Made by a program: the position numbers and the translations under genes. Of a stretch of DNA of 64,000 nt, positions 1 to 21,056 are shown one piece after another. Within the stretch, counting starts at the first letter, position 1; each line of letters starts with the position of its first letter. Origin of the DNA: the human T2T-CHM13v2.0 reference genome, Homo sapiens. The DNA lies in assembly GCF_009914755.1 (NCBI RefSeq), contig NC_060947.1; one strand, 5' to 3'. Below the pieces are notes generated by a model. The model was not told where the DNA came from, did no database searches, and worked only from the letters and a program-made list of their open reading frames with translations.

Positions 1-2386
1 TGATTCCAGGGGACCTAAAATGTCACTGTGGTCTTCCAGTTAATGTAGGGGCTTATGGAGATCAGGTGTTTTAGCTCAGGATGTTTTAGCTCAGCTCTTA
101 ACTTTCAGTGGGTCCAGTGTGTCCCTGGACTCATCTTGTGATGATTTCCTCTGTGGGAGAATGCATAATTGACATAGGCATTTTTAGCAGCTGGCAGAAC
201 CGCAATATTGGCTCCCTAACTGGTAGGGTGAGGGCTATGGTGGCAAAGACAAAATGGAAGCCATTGGAGCCGCCTCTATCTAGAAAAATAGTAAATCAAG
301 AACAATATCACATCCCTGAAGGGATTGCGGAGATCAGTGCCACTATCAAGGACTTGAAAGGTGCAGGGGTGGTGATTCCCACCACATCCCTGTTCAACTC
401 TTCCGTTTGGCCTGTGAAGAAGATGGACCTTGGAGAATGACAGTGGATTACCATAAGCTTAACCAAGTGGTGACTCCAATTACAGCTGCTGTACCAGATG
501 TGGTTTTATTGCTTGAGCAAATTAACACATCTCCTGGTACCTGGTATGCAGCCATTTACTTGGAAAATGCTTTTTTCTCCATTCCTTTCCATAAGGTCCA
601 CCAGAAGCAATTTACCTCCAGCTGGCAAGGCCAGAAATAAACCTTTACTGTCCTACATCAGGGGCATATCAACTCTCTGGCTTTGTGTCATAATCTTAAT
701 TGGAGAGACCTTGACCGCTTTCACTTCCACAAGATATCACATTGGTCTATTATATTGATGACATTATGCTGATTGGATCCAGTGAGCAAGAAGTAGCAAA
801 CACGCTGGACTTATTGGCGAGACGTTAGTGCGCCAAAGGATGGAAAATAAATCTGACTAAAATTCAGCGATCTTCTATCTCAGTATAATTTCTAGGGGTC
901 CAGTGGTGTGGGGACTGTTGAGATATTCCTTCTACGGTGAAGGTGCTGCATTTGGCCCCTCCTACAACCAAGAAAGGGGCACAATGCCTATTGGGCCTAT
1001 TTGGATTTTGAAGGCAACACATTACTTATTTGGTTGTGTTACTCTGGCCCATTTATGACTGCCAGTTTTGAGTGGGGTCCAGAACAGGAGAAGGCTCTGC
1101 AACAGGTCCAGGATGTTATGCAAGCTGCTCTGCCACTTGGGGCATATGATCCAGCAGATCCAATGGTGCTTGAGGTGTCAGTGGCAGTTAGGGAAGCTGT
1201 TTGGAGACTTTGGCAGGTCCCCATAAGTAAATCACAGTGGAGGCCTCCAGGATTTTGGAGCAAAGCCCTGCCACCTTCTGCAGATAACTTCTCTCCTTTT
1301 GAGAGACAGCTCTTGGCCTGTTACTGGGCTTTGGTGGAAACTGAACGTTTGACTAAGGTTCATCAGGTCACCATGTCACCTGAAACACTTATCATGAACT
1401 GGGTGCTTTCTAACCCATCTAACCACAAAGTGGGTCATGGACAGCAGCATTCCATCATCAAATGGAAGTGGTTGTGATTGGAAATATATGTGATTGGGCT
1501 TGAGCAGGTCCCGAAGGCACAAGTTACATGAGGAAGTGGCTCAAATGCCCATGGTCTCCACTCCTGCCACCCTGCCTTCTCTCCCCCAGCCTACACTGAT
1601 GGCCTCATGTGGAGTTCCTATGATCAGTTGACAGAGGAAGAGAAAACTAGGGCCTGGTTCACAGATGGTTTTGCACAATATGCAGGCACCACCTGAAAGT
1701 GGACAGCTGCAGCATGACAGCCCCTTTCTAGGACATCTCTGAAGGACAGCAGTGAAGAGAAAGCTTCCCAGTGGGCAGAACTTTGAACAGTGCACCTGGT
1801 TGTGCACTTTGCATAGAAGGAGAAATGGCCAGATGTGCGATTATGTACTGATTCATGGGCTGTAGCCAATGGTTTGGCGGTATGGTCAGGGACTTGGAAG
1901 AAGCGTGATTGGAAAATTGGTGACAAAGAAATTTGGGGAAGAATTATGTGGATAGACCTCTCTGAATGGTCAAAAACTGTGAAGATATTTGTATCCCATG
2001 TGAGTGCTCACCAATGGGTGACCTCAGCAGAGGAGGATTTTGATAATCAAGTGGGTAGGATGACCAGCTGTGTGGACACCACTCAGCCTCTTTCCCCAGC
2101 CACCCCCGTCGTCGCCGAGTGGGCCCATGAATAAAGCGGCTATGGTGGCAGGGATGGAGGTTACGCATGGGCTCAGCAACATGGACTTCCACTCACCAAG
2201 GCTGACCTGACTGTGGCCATTGCTGAGTGCCCAATTTGCCAGGAGCAGACACCTACACTGAGCTCTCGATATGACACCATTTCTCAGGGTGATCAGCCGG
2301 CTACCTGGTGGCAGGTGGATTATATTGGACGTCTTCCATCACGGAAATGGCAGAGGTTTGTCCTCAATGGAATAGACACTTATTCC
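1..2386 (+). mobile_element. ERV-L (HERV-L-type) internal pol remnant: protease end, RT, RNase H, integrase N-terminal part; frameshifted with stops
   Basis: ORF fragments read [21 protein letters not shown] (tat att gat gac, 751-762), FEWGPEQEKAL, LLACYWAL, WFTDG, TDSWAVANGL, CPIC and WQVDYIG; sequence stops abruptly inside the integrase at ~2386. Confidence 0.93.
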
Positions 2387-9950
<7,564 letters not shown>

Positions 9951-9989
9951 CAATATATCCAATTTTATTTCTTTTTCTTTCCTCTATGG

Positions 9990-10160
9990 AAAATTGCTAT
10001 TCTTTTTCTTGCAAAATTTCTGTAAGTCTTCCAGCACTATGTTGAATAGAAGTGGTGAGAGTTGGCACCCTTATCTTGCTTCAATTTTCAGAAGAAAGAC
10101 TTTCAATTTTTTACTCAAGTGTAATATTAGCTGTGGGCTTCTCACATATGGCCTTATTAT
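9990..10160 (-). mobile_element. Ancient L1M ORF2 (RT region) fragment
   Basis: cttccagcactatgttgaatagaagtggtgagagttggcacccttatcttg matches antisense L1 ORF2. Confidence 0.7.
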
Positions 10161-11455
10161 GGAAGGAATGACACCATAGTAGCAAAAAGCACATCTTGTG
10201 CTCGTATCTTAGTTTCTAGTATCATTCTCCAATAAAAGGACACAGGGATCCTTGGAGAAATGGTTGATTATAAGGGTTGGGCCAGGGAAAATATAAGATG
10301 TTCTTGGAGCATCTTATATTGACAAAAACTAATAAAGTGCTCAAAATAAAGGAGGAAAGGAAGGAATTAAGGCAAAAAGAAAATGCAAGAATAGAGTATG
10401 TTAAAGTTATAAGGTACCAATTTAAAGAGTTCTTAATTGTCAAGCCTGGAGCAATTTATGCAATATAATAGATAACGATAGTATTAGATTTTAATCCAAA
10501 GAACAATATAAATATCTCTGAGTTCATACTGAAATAAATAATTTATTCAATAAATAAATACATGGCCATTCAAGGAAAATCTTTATTAAGTAGTTCCAAA
10601 TAATTAATGTAGAATGAATGAGGAAAATAGAAAATCACCATTAGATCACTGCAACAATAAATTCTGTGGGCAAGCTCCATAAGTAAACTATAAAATTAGT
10701 GGAAGAAACTTTAAGGAGGAACAAGATGTTTGCAGAGCCTCCAAGTATTTTCTCTAAAATATTACCAGAAATTACTGGATAATATTAATGTATATCTGTA
10801 AAATCTTTTACAATACTTCATGCAGTTGATATTGCTTCCCTTCCCTTGAGGTCGAGATAGACATCATGACTCAATTCAAATGAACAGGTTATACAGAAAG
10901 AAAAATAGTAACTTTAAAATAGACAAACTTGGCAAACACTACCTTAAACAATGGTCAAGTTTAACACCTCAAATTACAAGCCATGTTACTATAATGTAAC
11001 TCCCTGACACTAGGCACTTAGAAGCACACATCACTTCTGTGGCATTCTTTCTAATAATACATAACACCAGTCTAATCATGAGGAACCATCAGATGAACTC
11101 AAATTATGGGGCATTCTATAAATATGTGATCAGAACTATTCAAGAATATTAAAAACATGGAAAATGAGATTGAGAAACTATCACAGTCAGGAGGAGACCA
11201 AACACAATTATTAAATGCAATGTGGTATCCTGAATTGAATCATGGAAAATAAAAAACACTATTTAAAAACCTGATGAAATCTACTTCAGTCTGTAGTTTA
11301 GTTAGATATATTGTACAGATGTTAATTTCTTAGTTTTGGCAAATGTAACATGGCTAAATAAGGTGTTAACATTAGGAGAAGCTGGGTGAAGTGTATACAG
11401 GAACTCTGTGCTATCCTTAAAACTCTTCTTTAAATCTAAAATTATGTCAAAATAG
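10161..11455 (+). mobile_element. Ancient L1MC-type 3' end (L1MC4/5-like)
   Basis: tctccaataaaagga..ccttggagaaatggttgatt and terminal gttaacattaggagaagctgggtgaag..aaatctaaaattat are typical of L1MC 3'UTRs. Confidence 0.7.
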
Positions 11456-11457
11456 TA

Positions 11458-11458
11458 C

Positions 11459-11493
<35 letters not shown>

Positions 11494-11769
11494 TTTTTGA
11501 GACAGGGTCTCACTCTGTCATCTAGGCTGGGGAATAGTGGCACAATCTAGCTTACTGCAGACCCAACTTCCTGGGCCAAAGCAATCCTCTCCCTTCAGCT
11601 TCCTGAGTAGCTAGAACTATAGGCACACATCACCACAGCCAGCCAATTTTTAATTTTTGTAGAGATAGCGCCTCACTATATTGACCAGGCTTGTCTCAAA
11701 CTCCTGAGCTCAAGTGATTCACCCACTTCTACCTCTCAGAGTGCTGACATTGAGCCATTGCACCTAGCC
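11458..11769 (-). mobile_element. AluJ with (TTTA)n tail
   Basis: Antisense Alu dimer (gagacagggtctcactctgtc..ctcctgagctcaagtgat), heavily diverged. Confidence 0.9.
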
Positions 11770-11899
11770 TCAAAAACAAAACAAAACAAAACTTTTTTAA
11801 AAATTAAGGTCTATTGTTTGAGTTTTGTGAACAAAGTCAGGGACAGTAGGCATGAGGAGGGCATCAGATTAAAAATAAATGCCAAAGGTAGAATTGGAT

Positions 11900-12230
11900 A
11901 TGGTCAATTAGATTGGAAATGAGGTGGTATAGAGCTAAACATATGGAATAGTTAAAGATGACTCCAAGGTTTCTGAATTGGGTAGATGAGTTTGCCATTG
12001 ACTACAAATGTGAACATGAGTGGAGATGCCACTTGCTTTTGGGTGATACTAAGTTAAATTATACTCTGGCTAATTCTTGAAGTCCCTGATGCGTTCAAGT
12101 GGGAAAGACCACTAAACAATATATGAAGTTGGAGCTAAGTGAGGTTTGGACGGGTAAAAAACATTTGTAAATTTTCTGTGTAGAGTTCTATAGACAAAAC
12201 TTTGAAAGTAGGTGAGATTACTTATTGTGT
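11900..12230 (-). mobile_element. L2 fragment
   Basis: aaagatgactccaaggtttctg..gccattgact resembles antisense L2. Confidence 0.55.
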
Positions 12231-13474
12231 TTTAGTAACACATTTCTTGAAGCATAGAACATACGCCTTATATTATGCATTGCTCTGAAAATCTCTGTAG
12301 AAAAATAATCCAGTTAATTTTCATACCAAAATTAAAAATTATGAATGACATGCATTTCTAGTTTGTGACCAATTTTTCCTTTGTTGATTTGGAGGATTTA
12401 TGAGTAAGTAATTGAAAGTCACAAATTTTTAGATTGTTAATTTTTTTCAGAGTGGATTATTTTCTCTAGCTATAAGAAACAACTCTTGAACTGTCATTAT
12501 TATTTATCTACTGGAGATAAATTTTAGAATGCAATCCAGTAATACTTCCAAGACCATAAATTTGAAACTCACACTGGAGTCAGGTTGGGAAAAAATAAAC
12601 AAAGTCAATTTGCTGCAAAAGTTTTTTATTGTTATGTGTTTTTTAAAAATGTAAACTTTTAAGGGCATTTAGATTAGATCATTTTAGAGAATGAAAGCTA
12701 TTTGAAAATTATTGATTTCAATAAAGGTGTATTTCCTTAAGAACATTAAATGGTAGAAATTCACATAGAATAGACTTGAAGTGACTTTTAAATTCTCTGG
12801 AAGTACATGCAGTAATTTCCTCAAAATCATTCAGAGCTGTCAAAACTTCATGGTTCTCTACAGTCTTATGTCCCTTTTAGAAAGCCCACATTTACATTTT
12901 ATACCTGAGCCATTATCATTGGCATTTTATTTTAAGTGATAATGTCAATAATTTGTATTAGCAGGTCTAGTTTGCTTTATTACTTGAAAAGTGTCCTGCA
13001 GATTACCCAGTAAAGAAATGAAAAGAGCTAGAGAAGCTATATGCTTAGTTCCTTGATAAAATGTGAATAGACATTCTAAATTGGAAATTTTCATTTTGTT
13101 GTCTGTGCATAGTGAAGATTTTATATATAATCGTAACTGCTCATTACAGGTTTTTTTCTTAATAAAATTAGCTCATTAGCTCTATATATTAGTCAAATAA
13201 AGAACATTGCTTGTATTTTAAGAATCTGCATTTTATTCTTCACTTTCTTAAATCAATTTTTTTTCTGAATCTTTCAAAATATCTTCAAAATGACATAAAT
13301 GCCTTTAAACAATTGGAACCTACAAATAACTTAGGTCTTTTCTTTTGTAGTGTGGTTTGACATGGTCACCATCACTCTTAATTTCTAAGGAAGAATAGAT
13401 GATAAAATGTCCATGTGCTGAAGAAAAAGGTAACCTCTTTCAACATTAATACTTGCATTTAAATACTTGTAAAA

Positions 13475-13850
13475 TCCATTCATTTATTGAGAGAACATTT
13501 ATTAAGCTTGTGTCAGGTATTATGTTAGGCCATGGGGATACAAAGATGATTAAAACCACTTCCTCCCCTCAAAGAATTCTCATGATGGCAGAAATGGGGC
13601 ATATGCAAACAAGTAGTCAAACAAGCAATTCCAAACATATAAGAGCTATGATAGATGAACATTCAGAGTGCTTTAAAACCACTGAGAAAGGAACAATCAA
13701 TCTGTCTCCTTTCCATAGAGTAGACATATGAGCTGAGACTTGACAGATAATTAGGAGTTCACTGGTAGGCATGGGACACTGTAGAAAGAACTCTGAAAAA
13801 GACATTCCAGTTATAGAAAATGTAGAGACGGGGAATAAAAACACATGGAA
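13475..13850 (-). mobile_element. L2 3' end
   Basis: cattcatttattga..catttattaagc..tgtgtcaggtattatgttaggc..ggggatacaaagatga. Confidence 0.7.
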
Positions 13851-13922
13851 AGGAGATTAAAATTGCTAACACTTAGGTTTTCATCATCAATCTTCCCCTC
13901 AGAATTACTATTGTGATCATAA

Positions 13923-14490
<568 letters not shown>

Positions 14491-15234
14491 TGCTTACATT
14501 ATACAATATGACAAATATGATATGGAGAAAGATAAAAACAAAGTATGGTAATAACTCACTGCTACTCATTTTTACTAACCTGCAAAATATGTCTTTCCAT
14601 GAACTAACAAGATTGTAAATTCATCAAGTCAAGGAGCAATATATAATTTCAGTATGTTTCCCATTCTGTGGACATGCAAAGAAATACTATATACAATGGC
14701 ACTCTGTTCAGGGAGTCTATAGGTCTATACTCTAGTTGAGGAAACAAAATAATTTGAAAAATTAAATGTTGAACTCTATTTACTGGCCATGAATGAATAT
14801 TCTAGAAGATAAAAGAAAGGAAGCATCAGGAGGTACAATAATAGCCAAGTCAGTTTTCCTGATGAATGGGGTAGGATTGTAGAAAGACATGAGAATAAGT
14901 AAAATAAGGCATTCTAATGAGGAAAGACACAAAAGCAGACACCAGGATGCCATATGCGAGAGACAGAGGGGAGCTTGGTCTGCTGAAATATGTACCGTAG
15001 GAAAGTTCAAGACTAAGCATAAGTAGAAAGAGCTTAGGTTTTTAAGGGTCTTGATAGCTTTGGGCATGGTACAGCAAACAATGTAAGAGTTGTTGTGATT
15101 GTGCAAGTAATTACCATGATGAAACAGGATTTTTCTTTTTCTGAAAAATATGATGTGTGCTTATTTGGAATAGGGAAAAAGACTAGAGTCAGGAAGACTT
15201 GAGAGTATATTTGAGACATTTCTTGAGTAACATC

Positions 15235-15420
15235 CCATTATGCTCATCCTTGGATCACCTAAATCAGAGCACACAGATGATCCCTAATATACAGATTCAA
15301 GCTGCCTAAACTGACTGAGTCTGAATCCTTTGAGTGAGGTCCAGGCATCAAATTTTTAACAAGTATCTCGGGTAATTCTGACGTGGCAGCCAGTTATTCT
15401 AGTATATTTTCACAACCCTG
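15235..15420. mobile_element. MER5-group (hAT-Charlie) DNA transposon remnant
   Basis: tgagtctgaatcc..ccaggcatcaaatttttaacaag..ggtaattctga resembles MER5. Confidence 0.4.
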
Positions 15421-16364
15421 TTTTGGAATTTCTTATAAAATCAGCTCATAGACATTTTTAAAAATAACCTTGCTGACTATTAATTATCACTCAGAGAATA
15501 GAAAGAGGGCGAGCAGATAGCAAATCAAGTACATTACCTCTGTTTCACATTACATTTAAGTGGCAGGTGCTTTTTGCGTCATTGATGTATTCCCTGCATA
15601 TTGAGCTGAATTTGCTTTTTTATTTATAGTAGTTTCATTCTTCTTTTATTACATCCCTTTTGACTTGGTTCATTTAGATTTTCTCCAAAGCAAGTGTTTT
15701 GTTTTGCTTTAATTAAAACCATTAATTATCAACTGAATTTGGCACTTCCAAACACTATATGTGAAAAGAAAAGTAATCAAAAGTCCATTACTGACGTTTT
15801 GAGTAGTTAGTACAGTTATACCGAGAAATGCCTTTTATTGACCAATGCGTATTCTGAACCCTGCCTTTACAAGTATGTCAATGACCAGTTCCCAGATTAA
15901 ACAGACAGTGAATATTGAACAAAGTACAAAACTGAGTAACCAAAATTAGCTAATAATGGTATAATAATTATATAATTGCATGCATTAATATGTCAATCTG
16001 GAAAACATGCTTTGCAAATCTACTCTCTGTTACATTACTGGTAAGTGCCATAATATTAGTTTTGTAAGGTGAATCGTAGTCATTTGCATCCTAAAGGTCT
16101 TTTTTTTGAAATTGTATTATATTACATTTATTGTATTATAACCAGTAAATTAAAATAGAAACTTATTTGGACAACACTCTATCGGGAAAAAAGATTTTCT
16201 GCATGTTAAATATAAATCTGGATTTATGATTAATCTTCTAATTCACCATGTGTAATAATTATTTAAATATGTTGACAAATAAAAATAAAAATAGATTTAC
16301 TAGGACTATATGCAAAGTATATATTACATCAGTGATTAAACTCCCCACTATTTGTATTGGGCAG

Positions 16365-16550
16365 CGTTTATTTCTCACATAACTCCATGTAGTAGGTACA
16401 AGAAATATTATTATTACCATTCGACCCATGAGAAAACAGCCAAAAAAGGCAATTTGCCTAAAGTTTCAGAACAAGTTAAGGAAAAGCTGGAATTCAAATC
16501 TATGTTTCTTGACACAGTACAAAATTTTTGAAACTAAACCTTGCTACTTT
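16365..16550 (-). mobile_element. MIR
   Basis: ctcacataactccatgtagtaggta..attattaccatt..atgagaaaac..atttgcctaaagt..gctggaattcaaatc. Confidence 0.65.
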
Positions 16551-16701
16551 CAGTAAACTAGAGTATTTTATAGTAGTTTAAAGTTTTACTAAGTAGGAAG
16601 TTGAGTCACTGGGTGATGGACAAAGTGAATATAAACATAGACAAAGTTAATACTTCACACTATAACCGGAAACCTCACATATTATGTCCCCCAAACACAC
16701 A

Positions 16702-16718
16702 TTTTTTTTTTCCTTTTC

Positions 16719-16749
<31 letters not shown>

Positions 16750-17032
16750 TTTTTCTGAGACAAGGTCTTACTCTGTTTTCCAGGCTGGAGTGCAGTTGTA
16801 TGATCACAGCTCACTGGTGCCTCAACCTCCCTGGGCTCAGGTGATCTTTCTGCCTTAGCCTCCCAAGTAGCTGGGACTTCAGGCATGTGCTATCACACCT
16901 GGCTAATTTTTGTATTGTTTGTAGAGATGGGGTTTCACCATGTTGCCCAGGCTGGTCTTGAACTCCTGGGCTCAAGTATGCCTCAGCCTCCCAAAGTGCT
17001 GGGATTACAAGTGCAAGCCACCACACCTGGCT
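16702..17032 (-). mobile_element. AluJ with long T-rich tail
   Basis: Antisense Alu; TSD ccaaacacaca at 16691-16701 and 17033-17043. Confidence 0.93.
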
Positions 17033-17094
17033 CCAAACACACAATTTAATTAAATGATACCATCAGGCTAAATAAATGCCCACATGACATATTT

Positions 17095-17340
17095 TATGCA
17101 ATTTAAAAAATACTCACTATTTTCTTACTATGTGCCAGGTACTGTGTAAAGAACTGGCAAAAAAGAAGTGGTTAAAATGCAGCCTTTGCCCTTAAGAAGT
17201 TCACAGTAGAATGGTCAGACATTCAAATAAATAGTCATGATACACTACAACAGAGGCAATGACAGGAACCAGTATGAAAAGGAGACAGAAGGGAGGAGAG
17301 AGTAATGAACACTGTTGAAATTAGAAAAGCCTCTGGAGAC
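17095..17340 (-). mobile_element. L2 3' end
   Basis: ttactatgtgccaggtactgtg..cctttgcccttaagaagttcacagt. Confidence 0.6.
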
Positions 17341-18546
17341 ATAATAATTTCTGTGATAAATATTGATGAATAAGTAAGAGAATCAAAATAAAAAAATTAG
17401 CTATATGAAATAATTTTGGTTTGCAAATCATTTTCACAAAAAATCCTGAATAAATAAAATGAAAATAAACAGAATCATATATAATAATCACACTTTCTCA
17501 CCTGTATTTATTCTACTATAGCTAACATCTAAGTTACCTTAGTTGTGATATAGGCAACACTCATTTTGGAAACAATAGTGGAGAGCCCATTGGCTAATTT
17601 TGAGCTTGGGCCTAAGATCACTTACCCTTAGGTAATTCTTCTACTCAGGATTCTATCTCATTGGCCTTGGAAATGATTACAGGGAGTGCAGAGAACTCTC
17701 ATCTATGCTGAATGTTCTGCATAAAGTCAGATCTTTTATTTCTCTTATCAGCATTCCAGGCACAAACAAACAGTATAATGGATGGCAAATATGGGTTATG
17801 TATTCAAATATTAACACAGAGAAAATCTGATGTTCTGATTGTTTTGAAAATTTGGGAGATTAAAAATAATGGGTGTATATTCTCTGGAGCTAACAAACAG
17901 TTGGATGGATCATAATTGCTCACTGAGAAATTATATACTTTCCACCTGACTGTGTCATACATTTTGATTCCCAGCTTGGTCCTTGCAGGCATTGGGTTTC
18001 TATATTAAATACAAAAGCTTTCTCTTTATTGAAACACCTCTCATGCTTATTAAGTCTCAAATTTCACCAAATTATAAATACCTTACTACTTGTGGTATGG
18101 CCAATTATGTGCATTTCTACTCTGCCCCAATAGTGATTTAGAAACTCATAGCTCCCCAGAGCCAAGGTCTAAATATTTGCACCACATCTGTTTGTGTTCC
18201 ATAGACGACTTGAAGGCTAATGTCACTTCCAAGACTATTCCCAGCCTCCTGGGAATCTGAGTGTTTCTAGCATTCTCTCCAGAAGACAAAAACACTAAAA
18301 ACCAGGTTATTTATATACTATGGCTAAGGGCCACTGTGTTTTATCAGCAATCATTTTGTTACTTTTATAAAAACAATTTCTACTTTTTTGTGGCTTGCAC
18401 AGAGCTTGAGAAAATAGAAATTTATGTTTGATTTGGAGTGAGTTTGTAGAGAAAGAAATAAAGAAAAACTGTTATAAGAAGGATAACAAATCTGTGGCAT
18501 CAAAAATACTGACAAAAGTGAACTTTGAACTAGAGTTTGTAAGAGT

Positions 18547-18945
18547 TTTTAAAAGAAAAACTTTAGCCAAATTAAATTAAAAGGGTTTCATGGAGCAAAG
18601 AATAATTCATGAGTCAAGCAGTCTGCCGAGCCAGAGTAGGCTCAGAGACACCAGTGTAGCCATGTGGTGGAAGAAGATTTAGGACAGGAAAAGGAAAGTG
18701 ACATACAGAGAGTGAAAGCGAGGTACAGAATGACCAGATTGGTTACAGCTCAGTATTCACCTTATTTGAACAGGGTTTAAACAGTTGACCACCTTTGATT
18801 GACCAAAACTTGGTGATTGGCACAAGAGTAGGCCATAGTGTGTTTACAAATCTATTTAGGTTATAGTTCATGATGAACAGAGAAACCTTTTAGGCTGAAC
18901 TTAAAATATGTAAGAAGGTATCTTTACGCTAAACTTGATTTAACA
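18547..18945 (-). mobile_element. MER57A-like 3' LTR
   Basis: Revcomp begins tgttaaatcaagtttagcgtaaag; adjacent polypurine tract gaggggggat (18946-18955, minus). Confidence 0.88.
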
Positions 18946-19746
18946 ATCCCCCCTCTTAGTTATGCTAGCAATTTTGAAAGATTGACCAAAATTTTATTCA
19001 TTGATGTCACTATCACCATCATAAATGTACTTATTTGGTCTTTAAACTCACTGGGAAACAGCAGAACAGTAGGATTTGTAAGGTGAGAAGAAGAACTTCA
19101 CATTATTTTATGTAAGGGTTAGAGTAGAGGGTACCCCCTTATTCTGGAATGTCCTGTTTATAGGAGAGAAAACAAAACCTGGTCTGTTCTAGGATCTATA
19201 TGTTTCCTTAAAGTCCTAGCTTGATTATGTCACATTTAGCACAAGTTACTGCATTTTGGTTTGGTCTGGTCTATTGTGGCCTAGTGCATTAGCTCAGTCC
19301 AAAACAATAGTTTACCATAATTTGTTTAAAAACTCCCCTCTTCTGGCCAGGTTCTCACTTAGGTGAGAATGTGACCAAAACTTAGGGCCTCAGTGCCACT
19401 CTCAGTTACCATCATTTTTTGTTTCCTGTCTCAGCACATCATTTACAGGGTATGGTGCACTCATGATCACACGTTTCTTTCAGCTCTTGTCATTCCAGTT
19501 GAAGAGAGACAATTTGACATTCTGGAGATGGCTTCATGAAAACACTTAAAACTTTGAGAGAATACCATGCACCAGAGAGACTACTATTATGCTTATCAGG
19601 AGAACGATACCAAGAGTTTGGAGTATGCTCCTTACCCATGATCCCCATAAATCAAGCCAACTGAAATCAAATAAAGAGTGGGCTAGATAAAGAGTTTACT
19701 TGCTTTAACTAAGTATTCTCTTTGTTAATTTCCTGCAACTGAATCT

Positions 19747-19956
19747 CTATAATATCCAGTATGATGTGTTATTATATGGGCAATAAGAAATGGCAGAAGC
19801 TGCACAGATACTTCTCTGTTTAGCCAGTAAGCAATCTAGAGCAATTCTATTATTTAGCATAACTTTCACAAGAGAATTTAAAGTCTGTTGTGTAACCACA
19901 GTCTTTACAGTAGAATTTGCTATAGAGCTTATCATGAGAAAGACATTTGTAATCAT
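19747..19956 (-). pseudogene. ERV env transmembrane remnant with CKS-17-like immunosuppressive domain
   Basis: QQTLNSLVKVMLNNRIALDCLLAKQRSICA resembles the gamma-type TM motif (V)LxNRxALDxLLAxQGGxC; lies at the env position upstream of the 3' LTR. Confidence 0.82.
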
Positions 19957-20878
19957 TTGCCTTATTTACTTCAAACCATGGAAGAAAAGGATCATACGAA
20001 TGATGCCCTTCTAGAAAAGTGAAAAACTCATGGCAATGTTTTCAACCCATGACATAGGTTAAGAGTAGCAGGCCAATGTTCTGTTTCTGACTGATTATGA
20101 CGCAACATAGGTACCATTACAATTTCTCATCTTCATCTATCAAAGCGTAAGATTATGCACATATAAGTCTGGCTGCAAAAGTTTTCACAAATAAAAGTTT
20201 ACCCCATGAGTGCACACAACAGACCCTCATTTTACTTCTATTGTTCACAGAGGCATAAGTGATGCAAAAAAATGGAAAGATAATAGTCACATAATAGTAC
20301 AGAAGTCTTGATCCATGATCTTAGCAAAAAGCTGTGCACATCAAGGATGTAATCTTTTTCTGGGGAGGAACTTCCCTGGTTATCTTTACCTTAAGGTTTG
20401 CAATGAGTGTGCAGTTCCTAGAGTGTGGAGGGAACCTTCTGAGTTGTGAGATTATGAACCCAAGTTTCAAGATTCTGAAATTTTTCTGCAGTGTGAATGG
20501 CAAGGATAGACTTTCTCTGATGTTCTCAGGAGAACCAGTCTTCGGGTTCTAGATTGTGAACCGGTTAATTGTCCTCAGTCAGTAAATCATTAAAAGCTTT
20601 CTTTACCTGATGAAAATACACGGTGGCATAATGAGCTACTGTTATAACATCAAGCCTCTTGCATGGGAAAGCTTTTATACAATCAGAAAATATGCATTTA
20701 AATGACAATTGAATGAAATCCCTCTATAAATGTTTAAATGATCCATCAAGTAGCAGAATGTACCTGAAGTTTTGATTGTTTTTTCAGGAATGTGGGTTTG
20801 AGAAACGAAACATTGGTCATAAACTATTTTAGCAATTATATATATTTCAATCATTGCCTCATTTATTCCAAATCATGA

Positions 20879-21056
20879 ATATATATATGTGTGTATATGT
20901 GTGTGTATACATGTATATACATATATACACACGTGTGTATATACGCACTTGTATATATACACACGTATGTATATATATGTATATACATATACACATGTAT
21001 ATGTATATACACATATATACACACATGTATTTATATGCACATATATTTATATATAT
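20879..21056. repeat. Compound (TA/TG/CA)n alternating purine-pyrimidine microsatellite
   Basis: Directly visible ~180 bp RY tract. Confidence 0.95.
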
